From: Minisyncoccia bacterium
GTDB taxonomy: Bacteria; Patescibacteriota; Minisyncoccia; UBA6257; 2-01-FULL-56-20
Assembly: GCA_050008535.1 (NCBI GenBank)
Contig: JBEKML010000002.1
Span: forward strand, 24,732 to 88,731
Direction: 5' to 3'
Length of the DNA stretch: 64,000 nucleotides
Position numbers and translations under genes: made by a program. A model generated the notes under the pieces. That model ran no database searches and had not been told where the DNA came from. It saw nothing but the letters and a program-made list of their open reading frames with translations. Positions 29,262 through 37,891 of this stretch are shown here, one piece after another; within the stretch, counting starts at the first letter, position 1, and every line of letters starts with the position of its first letter.

Positions 29262-29642
29262 ATGTACTACCATTTTTTGTCGGAAATCAAAAATGCAATG
29301 CAGGCGCACAAGGAGAAGCTTGCCCTTCCTTTTTCCAAAATGGATTTTGCGGTCTTGAAATTGCTTGTGGAAGCGGGCTATCTGAAAAGCGTGGAGCGGG
29401 AGACGATCGGCAAAAGGAGCATGGTGGTGGTCCGCTTATCGTACCGCGACAAAAAGAGCGCTATGAACGATTTCAAGATCATAAGCAAGCCAAGCCGGCA
29501 CCAGTATATGGATTATCGCAGTTTGCGCCGCGTGAAACAGGGGTATGGCATTGGCGTCCTCTCGACCTCAAGGGGGATCATGACCGAAAGAGAAGCCAAA
29601 AAGAACAAGGTCGGCGGAGAATATCTGTTCGAGATCTGGTAA
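29262..29642 (+). CDS. rpsH: 30S ribosomal protein S8
   Basis: SKPSR, LSTSRGIMT, VGGE. Confidence 0.96.
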   Translation: MYYHFLSEIKNAMQAHKEKLALPFSKMDFAVLKLLVEAGYLKSVERETIGKRSMVVVRLSYRDKKSAMNDFKIISKPSRHQYMDYRSLRRVKQGYGIGVLSTSRGIMTEREAKKNKVGGEYLFEIW

Positions 29643-29644
29643 CT

Positions 29645-30172
29645 ATGAGCAGACTGGTCAAAAAACCGATAAAAATAGTGAGCGGGGTGACCGTGCGCAT
29701 TGACGGCGGTTTTTTGACGGTGAAGGGGCCGAAGGGCGAAGAAAGGGTGAAGATCGCGCCCACGGTCACGGCAAAAATAGAAGGAGAAAATCTTTGGATG
29801 AGCGGGGCCGACGCAGGAACAACCTGGGCGCTCGCAAGGAATGCCGTGCAGGGAGTGACGGAAGGTTTTTTGAAGATATTGGAAGTTGAAGGCGTGGGTT
29901 ATCGCGCGGTGCTTGAGGGGAAAGACCTCATATTTTATCTTGGCTACGCAGAGCCGGTCCGCATGAAAATTCCCGAAGGCGCCTCCGTTACGCTCGAGAA
30001 GAGTACGATTAAGGTAGCGGGTCTTAATAAGGACCTGGTGGGCCGGGTGGCCGCAGAGATCCGTGCCCTGAAGAAGCCGGAACCATATAAGGGGAAAGGT
30101 ATTCATTATCGGGGGGAGGTGATCCAAAGGAAAGTCGGAAAGAAGGCTGCCGCGACAGGGACGGCTGCCTAA
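29645..30172 (+). CDS. rplF: 50S ribosomal protein L6
   Basis: VKGPKG, PEPYKGKGI. Confidence 0.98.
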   Translation: MSRLVKKPIKIVSGVTVRIDGGFLTVKGPKGEERVKIAPTVTAKIEGENLWMSGADAGTTWALARNAVQGVTEGFLKILEVEGVGYRAVLEGKDLIFYLGYAEPVRMKIPEGASVTLEKSTIKVAGLNKDLVGRVAAEIRALKKPEPYKGKGIHYRGEVIQRKVGKKAAATGTAA

Positions 30173-30186
30173 TTACTACAAAGACC

Positions 30187-30549
30187 ATGAACGCAAGAAA
30201 GAAACTTAATCAAAAGAGAATACGCCGCGCGGCGCGGGTAAGCGCCCGTCTTTACGGCACCGCTTCGGTGCCTCGGTTGGTCGTAAGCCGCAGTAATCGC
30301 TATGTGTACGCCCAGCTTGTTGATGACGTAAAAAATCATACTATTGTGGCCGTTTCAAGCTTTGGCAAGGGTGGGGCGGCAGTGAAGGGGACGAAGAGCG
30401 TGCAGGCGTTCGCCACCGGCGAGGCGCTTGCCAAAAAAGCGCTGGAGAAGGGGATTGCGCGTGTTGTTTTTGACCGCCGATCGTCGAAATTCCATGGGAG
30501 AATACAACAATTTGCCGAAGGGGCGAAAAAAGGAGGGCTGAAGATGTAA
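30187..30549 (+). CDS. rplR: 50S ribosomal protein L18
   Basis: PRLVVSRSN, VVFDR...HGRI. Confidence 0.97.
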   Translation: MNARKKLNQKRIRRAARVSARLYGTASVPRLVVSRSNRYVYAQLVDDVKNHTIVAVSSFGKGGAAVKGTKSVQAFATGEALAKKALEKGIARVVFDRRSSKFHGRIQQFAEGAKKGGLKM

Positions 30550-30556
30550 TACTTTT

Positions 30557-31048
30557 ATGCCACAACCACAACAGCATAACCGGCGGCCGGATCGCGGCCC
30601 AAAGATCGTAAAAAAAGAGGAATTCAAAGAGCGCGTGCTTGACATGCGCCGCGTGACACGCGTCGTGGCCGGAGGCAAACGCTTCCGTTTCCGCTGCACG
30701 ATTGTCCTGGGTGACGAGCGGGGCCGCGTCGGCATCGGCGTTGCAAAGGGATTGGATGTCCAGCAGGCGGTTGCGAAGGCAAAGACCGATGCGAAGAAGA
30801 ATATTATGACGGTCAACTTGAAGGATGGCCGCACTATCGCGCACGAAGTGATCGCGAAATACAGCGCGGCGAAGGTGCTGGTAAAGCCCGCGAGCCCCGG
30901 GCATGGTCTCCGGGCAGGCGGCGCCGTCCGCTTTGTGCTTTCTTTTGCGGGTATCAAGGACGCGACAGCGAAGTGCCTGGGGCGGACACCGAACAAGCTC
31001 ACGAACGCCATGGCGACCATTGAAGCACTCAAAAAACTGAAAGCCTAA
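30557..31048 (+). CDS. rpsE: 30S ribosomal protein S5
   Basis: RVTRVVAGGKRF. Confidence 0.98.
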   Translation: MPQPQQHNRRPDRGPKIVKKEEFKERVLDMRRVTRVVAGGKRFRFRCTIVLGDERGRVGIGVAKGLDVQQAVAKAKTDAKKNIMTVNLKDGRTIAHEVIAKYSAAKVLVKPASPGHGLRAGGAVRFVLSFAGIKDATAKCLGRTPNKLTNAMATIEALKKLKA

Positions 31049-31049
31049 C

Positions 31050-31487
31050 ATGCAGCTCCACGAAATTCCTTCAATTAAAAAGAAGACACAGCGGATCGGG
31101 CGAAGCGGCAAGCGCGGCAGTTATTCCGGCCGCGGCGTGAAGGGGCAGAAATCCCGCGCCGGGCGGCGGCTCTATCCCGCCGAGCGCGATCTGATCATGC
31201 GGCTGCCGAAGCGCCGCGGTTTCAGGAATATTCCAAAAACCGAGAAGAACACGGTTCTTAATCTGGGAGATCTTTCCCTGAAGATCAAATCGTTTACACG
31301 GGGGAAAGGGCCTCTCTCGCTCAATCAAGAATTACTTAAGGTTGCCGGTCTCGTGGGAAAAAACTTCAAGGGTGAGATAAAGCTGCTTGGCGGCGGGGAG
31401 ATCGCTTTCCCTGTGGACGTGCAGGGCCTTAAGGTTTCCAAAAGCGCGAAAATAAAAATTGAAAAAGCAGGCGGGAGCGTGAAATAA
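31050..31487 (+). CDS. rplO: 50S ribosomal protein L15
   Basis: SGRGVKGQKSRAG, RLPKRRGF, IEKAGG. Confidence 0.97.
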   Translation: MQLHEIPSIKKKTQRIGRSGKRGSYSGRGVKGQKSRAGRRLYPAERDLIMRLPKRRGFRNIPKTEKNTVLNLGDLSLKIKSFTRGKGPLSLNQELLKVAGLVGKNFKGEIKLLGGGEIAFPVDVQGLKVSKSAKIKIEKAGGSVK

Positions 31488-31496
31488 TTTTTGCCC

Positions 31497-32768
31497 ATGA
31501 ACCGGTTCCTTCAAATCTTCAAAGTCAAAGACCTGCGCAACAAGATATTGATCGTTGCGGGGCTGCTCGTCGCGTACCGCGTGTTCGCGGCGATCCCGAT
31601 CCCGGGCGTGGATGCCGCGCGGCTCGCGACCTATTTCAATTCCAACCAGCTCTTCGGCTTTTTGAACTTCTTTTCCGGCGGCGGCTTGTCCAATCTTTCA
31701 GTGATGATGCTGGGAGTCGGTCCCTATATCACGGCGACGATCATCATGCAGCTTTTGACCATCATCTTTCCGAAGTTCAAAGAAATGTACTACGAAGAGG
31801 GCGCGCGCGGCCAGGCGAAGTTCAACCAATATTCGCGGCTCTTAACGGTGCCGCTCGCTATTGTGAACGGCTACGGTTTTTTGACTCTTCTCATTTCGCA
31901 GGGCGTGATCGACCGGCCGGCCGCGTTCGCGTTCGTGACGAACGTGATCGTGATCGCGTGCGGCTCCATGATCGCACTGTGGCTGGGAGAACTTATTACG
32001 GAACAGAAGGTGGGGAACGGGGTTTCGCTCATCATCTTGGCCGGTATTCTTGCCCGCATACCGTCCTTCGTCGGAACCGCCGTCGTTTCGTACACGCCGA
32101 CGTTGCTCACGACCTATTTGGGCTTCGCGGTGGTAGCCGTGTTCTTGATCGCGGGCATCGTTTATTTGAATGAGGGCGAGCGGAAGATCCCTGTGGCCTA
32201 TGCGCGGCGCGTGCGCGGGAATAAGATGTACGGCGGCGCGCAGAGCTACCTGCCGCTCAAGGTGAACCAGGCGGGCATGATCCCGTTGATCTTCGCGATT
32301 TCGGTCTTGCTTTTTCCGCAGTTCGCGGCCTGGATCGTTTCTATCTTTTCGCCGACGTGGGGATTGAAGGTCAACGCCTTCGCGGCGGCCTTCGTCAGTA
32401 ATCAGCTTTGGTACGGCATCTTCTATTTCTTGCTGGTCTTTGTATTCACGTATTTCTATACCTCTATTACGTTCAATCCCGAGGAAGTGGCGAAAAACTT
32501 GCAGCGGAGCGGCGGGTTCGTGCCGGGCATCCGTCCAGGCGAGAGTACGGAGAAGTTCTTCGGGAGCATCGTGAATCGCATCACGTTCTGGGGAGCGATT
32601 TTCCTCGGTCTTGTGGCGATTTTGCCGATCATCGTGCAGGCCGTTACGGGTGTCGCGGTTTTGACGATCAGCGGCACGGCAATTTTGATCGTGGTCGCGG
32701 TGGCTTTGGAGACGATGAGGCAGGTGGATTCGCAATTGACCGTTCGCGAGTATGAGGGGATAGAATAG
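31497..32768 (+). CDS. secY: Preprotein translocase SecY
   Basis: LGVGPYITATII, GNGVSLII, PGIRPG. Confidence 0.98.
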   Translation: MNRFLQIFKVKDLRNKILIVAGLLVAYRVFAAIPIPGVDAARLATYFNSNQLFGFLNFFSGGGLSNLSVMMLGVGPYITATIIMQLLTIIFPKFKEMYYEEGARGQAKFNQYSRLLTVPLAIVNGYGFLTLLISQGVIDRPAAFAFVTNVIVIACGSMIALWLGELITEQKVGNGVSLIILAGILARIPSFVGTAVVSYTPTLLTTYLGFAVVAVFLIAGIVYLNEGERKIPVAYARRVRGNKMYGGAQSYLPLKVNQAGMIPLIFAISVLLFPQFAAWIVSIFSPTWGLKVNAFAAAFVSNQLWYGIFYFLLVFVFTYFYTSITFNPEEVAKNLQRSGGFVPGIRPGESTEKFFGSIVNRITFWGAIFLGLVAILPIIVQAVTGVAVLTISGTAILIVVAVALETMRQVDSQLTVREYEGIE

Positions 32769-32847
32769 GCCTGCGCCATGAGGTTTGCAAGACCGCCTCG
32801 CAGGGGGCGGTTTTGAATTTCCTCCGGTTTTTTGTTACAATCACTTC

Positions 32848-33525
32848 ATGAGAAAAATCGTTGTGGTCTTGTATGGGCCGCCGGGGGCGGGGAAGGGGAC
32901 GCAGGCAAATCTTTTGGCTACCAAATTGGGCAGCATTCACTTTGATACGGGGAAATTTTGTGAGTCGGTGGTGCATGATCCGGGGCGCCAAAAAGAAAAG
33001 GTGATTCAGCGGGAGCGGAAGCTGTTTGAAAGCGGGAAGTGGATGACGCCGAGCTTTGTAACACGCGAGGTTGTGAAACAGATCAAGCAGGTGGCTGCGG
33101 CGAACATGGGAATTATTTTCAGTGGTTCGCCGCGGACGATATATGAGGCGGAGCGGGAATTTCCTGCTTTGGAAAAAGCATACGGCAAGAAGAATATCTT
33201 TGTATTTTCTCTTGAAATTCCTGCGGAGTTTTCCTTGCGCAGGAACGGCGGGCGCATGGTGTGCCCCGTCTGCGGTTATTTCCTCCTTGTGGCGTTTTAC
33301 CCTAAAGTAAAGGCAAAGTGGTGCCCCGTTTGTGGAAGTCCTCTTTATCGACGGAGCTTGGATACGCCGGAGACCACCAAGCGCCGTCTTCGTGAGCACA
33401 ACGAGCGGACATTGCCGGTTCTTGATTTTGCGAAAAAGCGTGGCTACAAGATATTTCACATTGACGGCCGTCCCGCACCATACAAAGTGATGGGGCGCAT
33501 CTATGCTCATATTAAAAACGTCTGA
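32848..33525 (+). CDS. adk: Adenylate kinase with a zinc-binding lid
   Basis: GPPGAGKGTQA; CPVC...CPVC; position after secY. Confidence 0.9.
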   Translation: MRKIVVVLYGPPGAGKGTQANLLATKLGSIHFDTGKFCESVVHDPGRQKEKVIQRERKLFESGKWMTPSFVTREVVKQIKQVAAANMGIIFSGSPRTIYEAEREFPALEKAYGKKNIFVFSLEIPAEFSLRRNGGRMVCPVCGYFLLVAFYPKVKAKWCPVCGSPLYRRSLDTPETTKRRLREHNERTLPVLDFAKKRGYKIFHIDGRPAPYKVMGRIYAHIKNV

Positions 33526-34264
33526 AGAAATAGGGGTTATGGCGGAGGGCGGGCGGCGGCTTGCGGCGGTGCTTGCGCGGCTTGCGGAGGAAACGCGCGC
33601 GGGCGTCACTACGAAATCGCTTGATCGCCTGGCCTATCAATTGATCCATAAATCCGGCGCGAAGCCGGCGTTCTTGCATTATCGCCCTGCGGGCGCGCAG
33701 CGGGCGTATCCCTATTCCTTATGCGCTTCAGTGAACAGCGTTGTTGTGCACGGCCAGCCGTCGGAATACGTGATCAAAGACGGGGATCTTATAAAGCTTG
33801 ACCTCGGCCTTTTGTACAAAGGATTTTATTCGGATGCAGCGCTTACGGTGGGGGTAGGAAAGATCAGCAAGGAAGCGAAGCGACTTATGACAACAACGGA
33901 AGAAGCGCTCCGCGCGGCGATTGCGGAGACCAAGGTTGGAAAAACGCTTGGCGACATTGGATATGTGATTACGAAAGGAGCGAAAAAAAGCGGGTATGTT
34001 GTGGCTGAAGGACTTACGGGACACGGCATCGGCCGCACGCTTCACGAAGACCCGACCGTTTGGAATGTTGGGCAGAAGGGCGGCGGTGAGGAATTGCGCG
34101 AGGGCGTGGTCCTTGCCATAGAGCCGATGTTTGCGGCGGGCAAGCCCGCCCTGCGGCAGCTGCGCGATGAAAGCTGGGCGACGGCCGATGGCTCGCTTTC
34201 GGCGCATTTTGAGCACACCGTGGCGGTCACAAAGAACGGCCCCTTGGTCTTAACCTTTTTATAA
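33503..34264 (+). CDS. map: Methionine aminopeptidase type I
   Basis: VVHG, GHGIG..LHEDP, AIEPM, SAHFEHT. Confidence 0.97.
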   Translation: MLILKTSEEIGVMAEGGRRLAAVLARLAEETRAGVTTKSLDRLAYQLIHKSGAKPAFLHYRPAGAQRAYPYSLCASVNSVVVHGQPSEYVIKDGDLIKLDLGLLYKGFYSDAALTVGVGKISKEAKRLMTTTEEALRAAIAETKVGKTLGDIGYVITKGAKKSGYVVAEGLTGHGIGRTLHEDPTVWNVGQKGGGEELREGVVLAIEPMFAAGKPALRQLRDESWATADGSLSAHFEHTVAVTKNGPLVLTFL

Positions 34265-34266
34265 TC

Positions 34267-35010
34267 ATGGCAAAACCATATCTCTCCATCATCATTCCGG
34301 CCTATAACGAGGCGGAACGGGTTCCTGCGACACTTTTAGACATAGATAGGCATTTGGCGAGCGCGCCATATTCCTACGAAATTTTGGTGGTGAACGACGG
34401 CTCAAAAGATAATACGGCAGAGGTCGTGCGGAACATGACGAAAGCAGTGAAGAACTTGAAGCTGATCGATAATGTTGAAAACAAAGGGAAGGGCGGCGTG
34501 GTGCGGCAGGGGATGCTGCTTGCGAATGGCGCGATCCGGCTTTTCACCGACGCCGACAATTCCACGTCAATTGACCAGTTTGACCAGATGATACCCTTCT
34601 TCAAGGAGGGATACGAAGTGGTGATCGGCTCGCGGGCGGTCGCGGGGGCAAAGCTTGATCCGCCGGAGCCGCTCTATAAACAAATCCCCGGGAAAATGGG
34701 GAATCTTTTCATACAGCTTTTACTGCTACCGGGATTATGGGATACGCAGTGCGGATTCAAAGCGTTTACGGAAGAAGCGGCAAGGAAAGTGTTTGAAGGG
34801 TCGCGCATAGCGGGGTGGGGGTTTGATGTGGAGACCCTTTCGCTCGCCAAAAAAGCAGGATACCGGATCAAAGAGGTCCCCGTGCACTGGGTGAACGATA
34901 TCCGTTCCCACGTGAAGGCATCAGCCTATGTGAAGGTACTATGGGAGACCATCGCCATCCGCTGGTGGCTCTGGACAGGAGCATACAAAGAGAGTATCCT
35001 TAGGAACTAA
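34267..35010 (+). CDS. GT2 glycosyltransferase (polyprenyl-phosphate glucosyltransferase/Alg5-like)
   Basis: PAYNE, NKGKGG, DAD, DTQCGFK, FDVE. Confidence 0.9.
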   Translation: MAKPYLSIIIPAYNEAERVPATLLDIDRHLASAPYSYEILVVNDGSKDNTAEVVRNMTKAVKNLKLIDNVENKGKGGVVRQGMLLANGAIRLFTDADNSTSIDQFDQMIPFFKEGYEVVIGSRAVAGAKLDPPEPLYKQIPGKMGNLFIQLLLLPGLWDTQCGFKAFTEEAARKVFEGSRIAGWGFDVETLSLAKKAGYRIKEVPVHWVNDIRSHVKASAYVKVLWETIAIRWWLWTGAYKESILRN

Positions 35011-35468
35011 TGGCCAAACAATATCTTACGAAGGAGCGGCTCGAAGAGCTCACAGTGGAACTCGCAACGCTAAAAAATAAAAAGCGGGTTGAGGTGGCGG
35101 AGCGGTTGAAGCAGGCGAAAGAATACGGCGACCTTTCGGAGAATTCCGAATACGTGGAGGCGCGCGAAGAGCAGGCGAGCGTTGAGATGCGGATCGCCGA
35201 GCTCGAAGACCTCTTGAAGGAGGCGGTGACGATCAAAAAATTGGAGGGCGGCGATACGGTTACGGTCGGTTCTACCGTGGTGGTTCGCAAAGGCGAAAAA
35301 ACAATGAGCTACACGATCATGGGTTCGCACGAGGCGAAACCGGAAGAAGGCAAGATATCCGACGAATCGCCGCTCGGAAGGGCGTTTTTGAAGAAAAAGG
35401 CAGGGGAGACGGTTGAGGTTACGACGCCGGCGGGGATTGCGACGTTTGAGATTTTGAAGATAGAATAG
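35010..35468 (+). CDS. greA: Transcription elongation factor GreA
   Basis: GDLSENSEY, ISDESPLG. Confidence 0.97.
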   Translation: MAKQYLTKERLEELTVELATLKNKKRVEVAERLKQAKEYGDLSENSEYVEAREEQASVEMRIAELEDLLKEAVTIKKLEGGDTVTVGSTVVVRKGEKTMSYTIMGSHEAKPEEGKISDESPLGRAFLKKKAGETVEVTTPAGIATFEILKIE

Positions 35469-35543
35469 TGCTGATTTTTATGAAAAAGGGGAGCGTGCGT
35501 CGCGCACACGCCCCCCTCCGGCGCGGGACAGGGTTTTCCCCCG

Positions 35544-35921
35544 TCACGCCCCGCTGCCGTTGCTGGGCTGACAGCCACAATACCAGCACTGCACGGTGCC
35601 AGGGGGTGCCTCGGGGTTGACCGACGGCACCATCCACCCGACGTTCAACGCCGGGACGGCCGCGCATTTTCGTGCGCACGGCTCGAGCGAGAGTCGCTCA
35701 CGGATGTGCTGGAACATTCTCACAGCGGCTTTCTCTCCGTTGCCCACCCTGGCGAGCGCATAGAGATTCAACAAGGCATAGCGGTTGTGCGGGCCAATCT
35801 TGGGATCGAGAGGAAACGCCCGCCGACGGAACTCGGTTCTGGGAGTTTCGCCTAGGGGTATCGGAACTAACGCCCCCCTTCTTACTGCAATATCGAACCG
35901 AACATGAGGAATTGATCGCAT
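35544..35921 (-). CDS. Orphan hypothetical protein with a C-terminal Cys cluster
   Basis: AAAGGAGGTG SD, TTGACA-17-TATATC promoter, downstream hairpin. Confidence 0.65.
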   Translation of the reverse strand: MRSIPHVRFDIAVRRGALVPIPLGETPRTEFRRRAFPLDPKIGPHNRYALLNLYALARVGNGEKAAVRMFQHIRERLSLEPCARKCAAVPALNVGWMVPSVNPEAPPGTVQCWYCGCQPSNGSGA

Positions 35922-36013
35922 CCTCATCACCTCCTTTGGCTACCTAAGATATAGAATACGGCGATGAAAATGTCAATTTTCGTAATACTAAACGTGATGG
36001 TATCATGAGGGGG

Positions 36014-37477
36014 ATGCTTGAAGAGATAATCAAGGAGCGGCGGAAAAAATTAGAACTGATCCGTAAGGCGGGGATTGATCCGTATCCGGCGCGGGTGCCG
36101 CGGAGCCATGCGATCGGCGAGGCGTTGGACGGTTTTGCGAAGCTTGCCGAGGCGGGCAAAACGGTTTCGCTTGCGGGGCGGCTGCGGAGCATGCGTGACC
36201 AGGGAAAGATCATCTTCGCGGACCTTGCGGACGAAAGCGGGCAGATCCAGATCGTGCTGAAAGATGATGTCTTGAAGGATGTGAAAGGCCTGGAATTTTG
36301 GCGGTCGGTTTTGGACCTCGGCGATTTTGTTTCGGCGACGGGCGTTCTTTTTGAAACGAAGCGGGGCGAGAAAAGCTTGGAGGTGCGGGGATTGCAAATG
36401 GCGGCGAAAAGCTTGCTCCCGTTGCCGGACAAGTGGGCGGGGCTTGAGGACGAAGATATCCGCCTGCGCAAGCGCTATTTGGATTTGATCGCGACGCCGG
36501 AACTGCGTGAGCTTTTCCATAAAAAAACGATTTTTTGGGAGACATTTCGCGCGGTATTCAAGAAAGAAGGATTTTTGGAAGTGGAAACGCCGGTTTTAGA
36601 AGCTCTACCGGGCGGCGCGGAAGCGGAGCCGTTCAGGACGCACCACAACACACTTGACGAAGATTTTTATCTGCGCATCTCGCTTGAACTGCCATTGAAG
36701 CGCTTGCTTGTGGGTGGTTTTGACAAGGTCTTTGAGATCGGCCGCATCTTCCGCAACGAAGGCATTGACCGCGAGCACCTGCAGGATTACACGCAGCTCG
36801 AGTTCTATGCCGCGTACAGCGACTACAACGACATCATGGACCTTACCGAGCGGGCGTATAAGAAGGTTATCGAGAAAACCTGCGGTGGATTCGTCACGGA
36901 GCGCGATGGGAAAAAGATCGACTGGTCAAAAAAATGGAAAAAGGTGGATTATGTGGAGCTGTGGAAAAAAGCGAACGGCATGGATCCGACGGAGGCGACC
37001 CCTGATGAATTATTTAAGAAGGCGAAGGAGTTGAAATTGGAGCCGGCAAAAAATTTCGGCAAAGGGCGGCTTATCGACCTTATTTATAAAAAGACCGTGC
37101 GGCCGCATTTGGTGGAACCATGTTTCTTGGTAGATCCGCCGGTGGAAGTAGAACCGCTTGCAAAACGGAAGCCCGGGAATCCGAAGGTGGTGGAACGGTT
37201 CCAGGTGATGGCGGCGGGCACGGAGCTCGGCAAAGGCTTTTCGGAATTGAATGACCCGCTTGACCAGCGCGCGCGGTTTGAGGAGCAGATGAAGCTGCGC
37301 GAGGCGGGGGATAAAGAAGCACAATTTCTGGACGAGGATTTTCTGGAAGCGCTTGCCTGCGGCATGCCGCCCGCCGGCGGCTTCGGCGTTTCCGAACGGC
37401 TCTTTGCGGTCCTTATGGACCGCCCCATGCGCGAATGCGTGTTCTTCCCCCTCATGCGGGGAAAGAAGGGGAAGTAA
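36014..37477 (+). CDS. lysS: Lysyl-tRNA synthetase, class II
   Basis: EVETP, GGAEAEPF, FRNEGID, SELNDP. Confidence 0.97.
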   Translation: MLEEIIKERRKKLELIRKAGIDPYPARVPRSHAIGEALDGFAKLAEAGKTVSLAGRLRSMRDQGKIIFADLADESGQIQIVLKDDVLKDVKGLEFWRSVLDLGDFVSATGVLFETKRGEKSLEVRGLQMAAKSLLPLPDKWAGLEDEDIRLRKRYLDLIATPELRELFHKKTIFWETFRAVFKKEGFLEVETPVLEALPGGAEAEPFRTHHNTLDEDFYLRISLELPLKRLLVGGFDKVFEIGRIFRNEGIDREHLQDYTQLEFYAAYSDYNDIMDLTERAYKKVIEKTCGGFVTERDGKKIDWSKKWKKVDYVELWKKANGMDPTEATPDELFKKAKELKLEPAKNFGKGRLIDLIYKKTVRPHLVEPCFLVDPPVEVEPLAKRKPGNPKVVERFQVMAAGTELGKGFSELNDPLDQRARFEEQMKLREAGDKEAQFLDEDFLEALACGMPPAGGFGVSERLFAVLMDRPMRECVFFPLMRGKKGK

Positions 37478-37480
37478 GGT

Positions 37481-37882
37481 ATGAGAACCGTGATGGTTTT
37501 CGGGACATTCGACGGTATCCACGATGGCCACCGGGCTTTTTTGCGGCAGGCGCGGGAGCACGGCGACCATCTGATCGTGGCGGTCGCGCAAGATGCAGTC
37601 GTGGAACAATTAAAAAAACGCCCGCCGCAGAGGAACATTCAGGAACGGATAGGCGCACTCGCGGACGAGGCGCTTGCAGACCAGGTGGTCGCCGGAGACA
37701 CGGAGATTGGGACATATGCCGTTGTAAAGCGCTATCGGCCGGATGTGATCGCCCTCGGCTACGACCAGACGGCGCTTAAAAAAGACATCGAACAACACCT
37801 CTCTGATTTTGGATGGTATGTGGAAATGGTCACGCTCCGCCCGCACAAGCCGGAAATTCACCACACAAGCCTGCTGAAATAA
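37481..37882 (+). CDS. Cytidylyltransferase-family nucleotidyltransferase (RibL/FAD synthase-like)
   Basis: GTFDGIHDGH (HxGH), LGYDQ. Confidence 0.85.
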   Translation: MRTVMVFGTFDGIHDGHRAFLRQAREHGDHLIVAVAQDAVVEQLKKRPPQRNIQERIGALADEALADQVVAGDTEIGTYAVVKRYRPDVIALGYDQTALKKDIEQHLSDFGWYVEMVTLRPHKPEIHHTSLLK

Positions 37883-37891
37883 GCATGGCTC

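Noticed and set aside
35480-35945. GC-rich gap between greA and lysS as RNase P RNA, tmRNA or SRP RNA
   Set aside because: I found no RNase P or tmRNA signature, and a minus-strand ORF with a strong SD and promoter explains the region.
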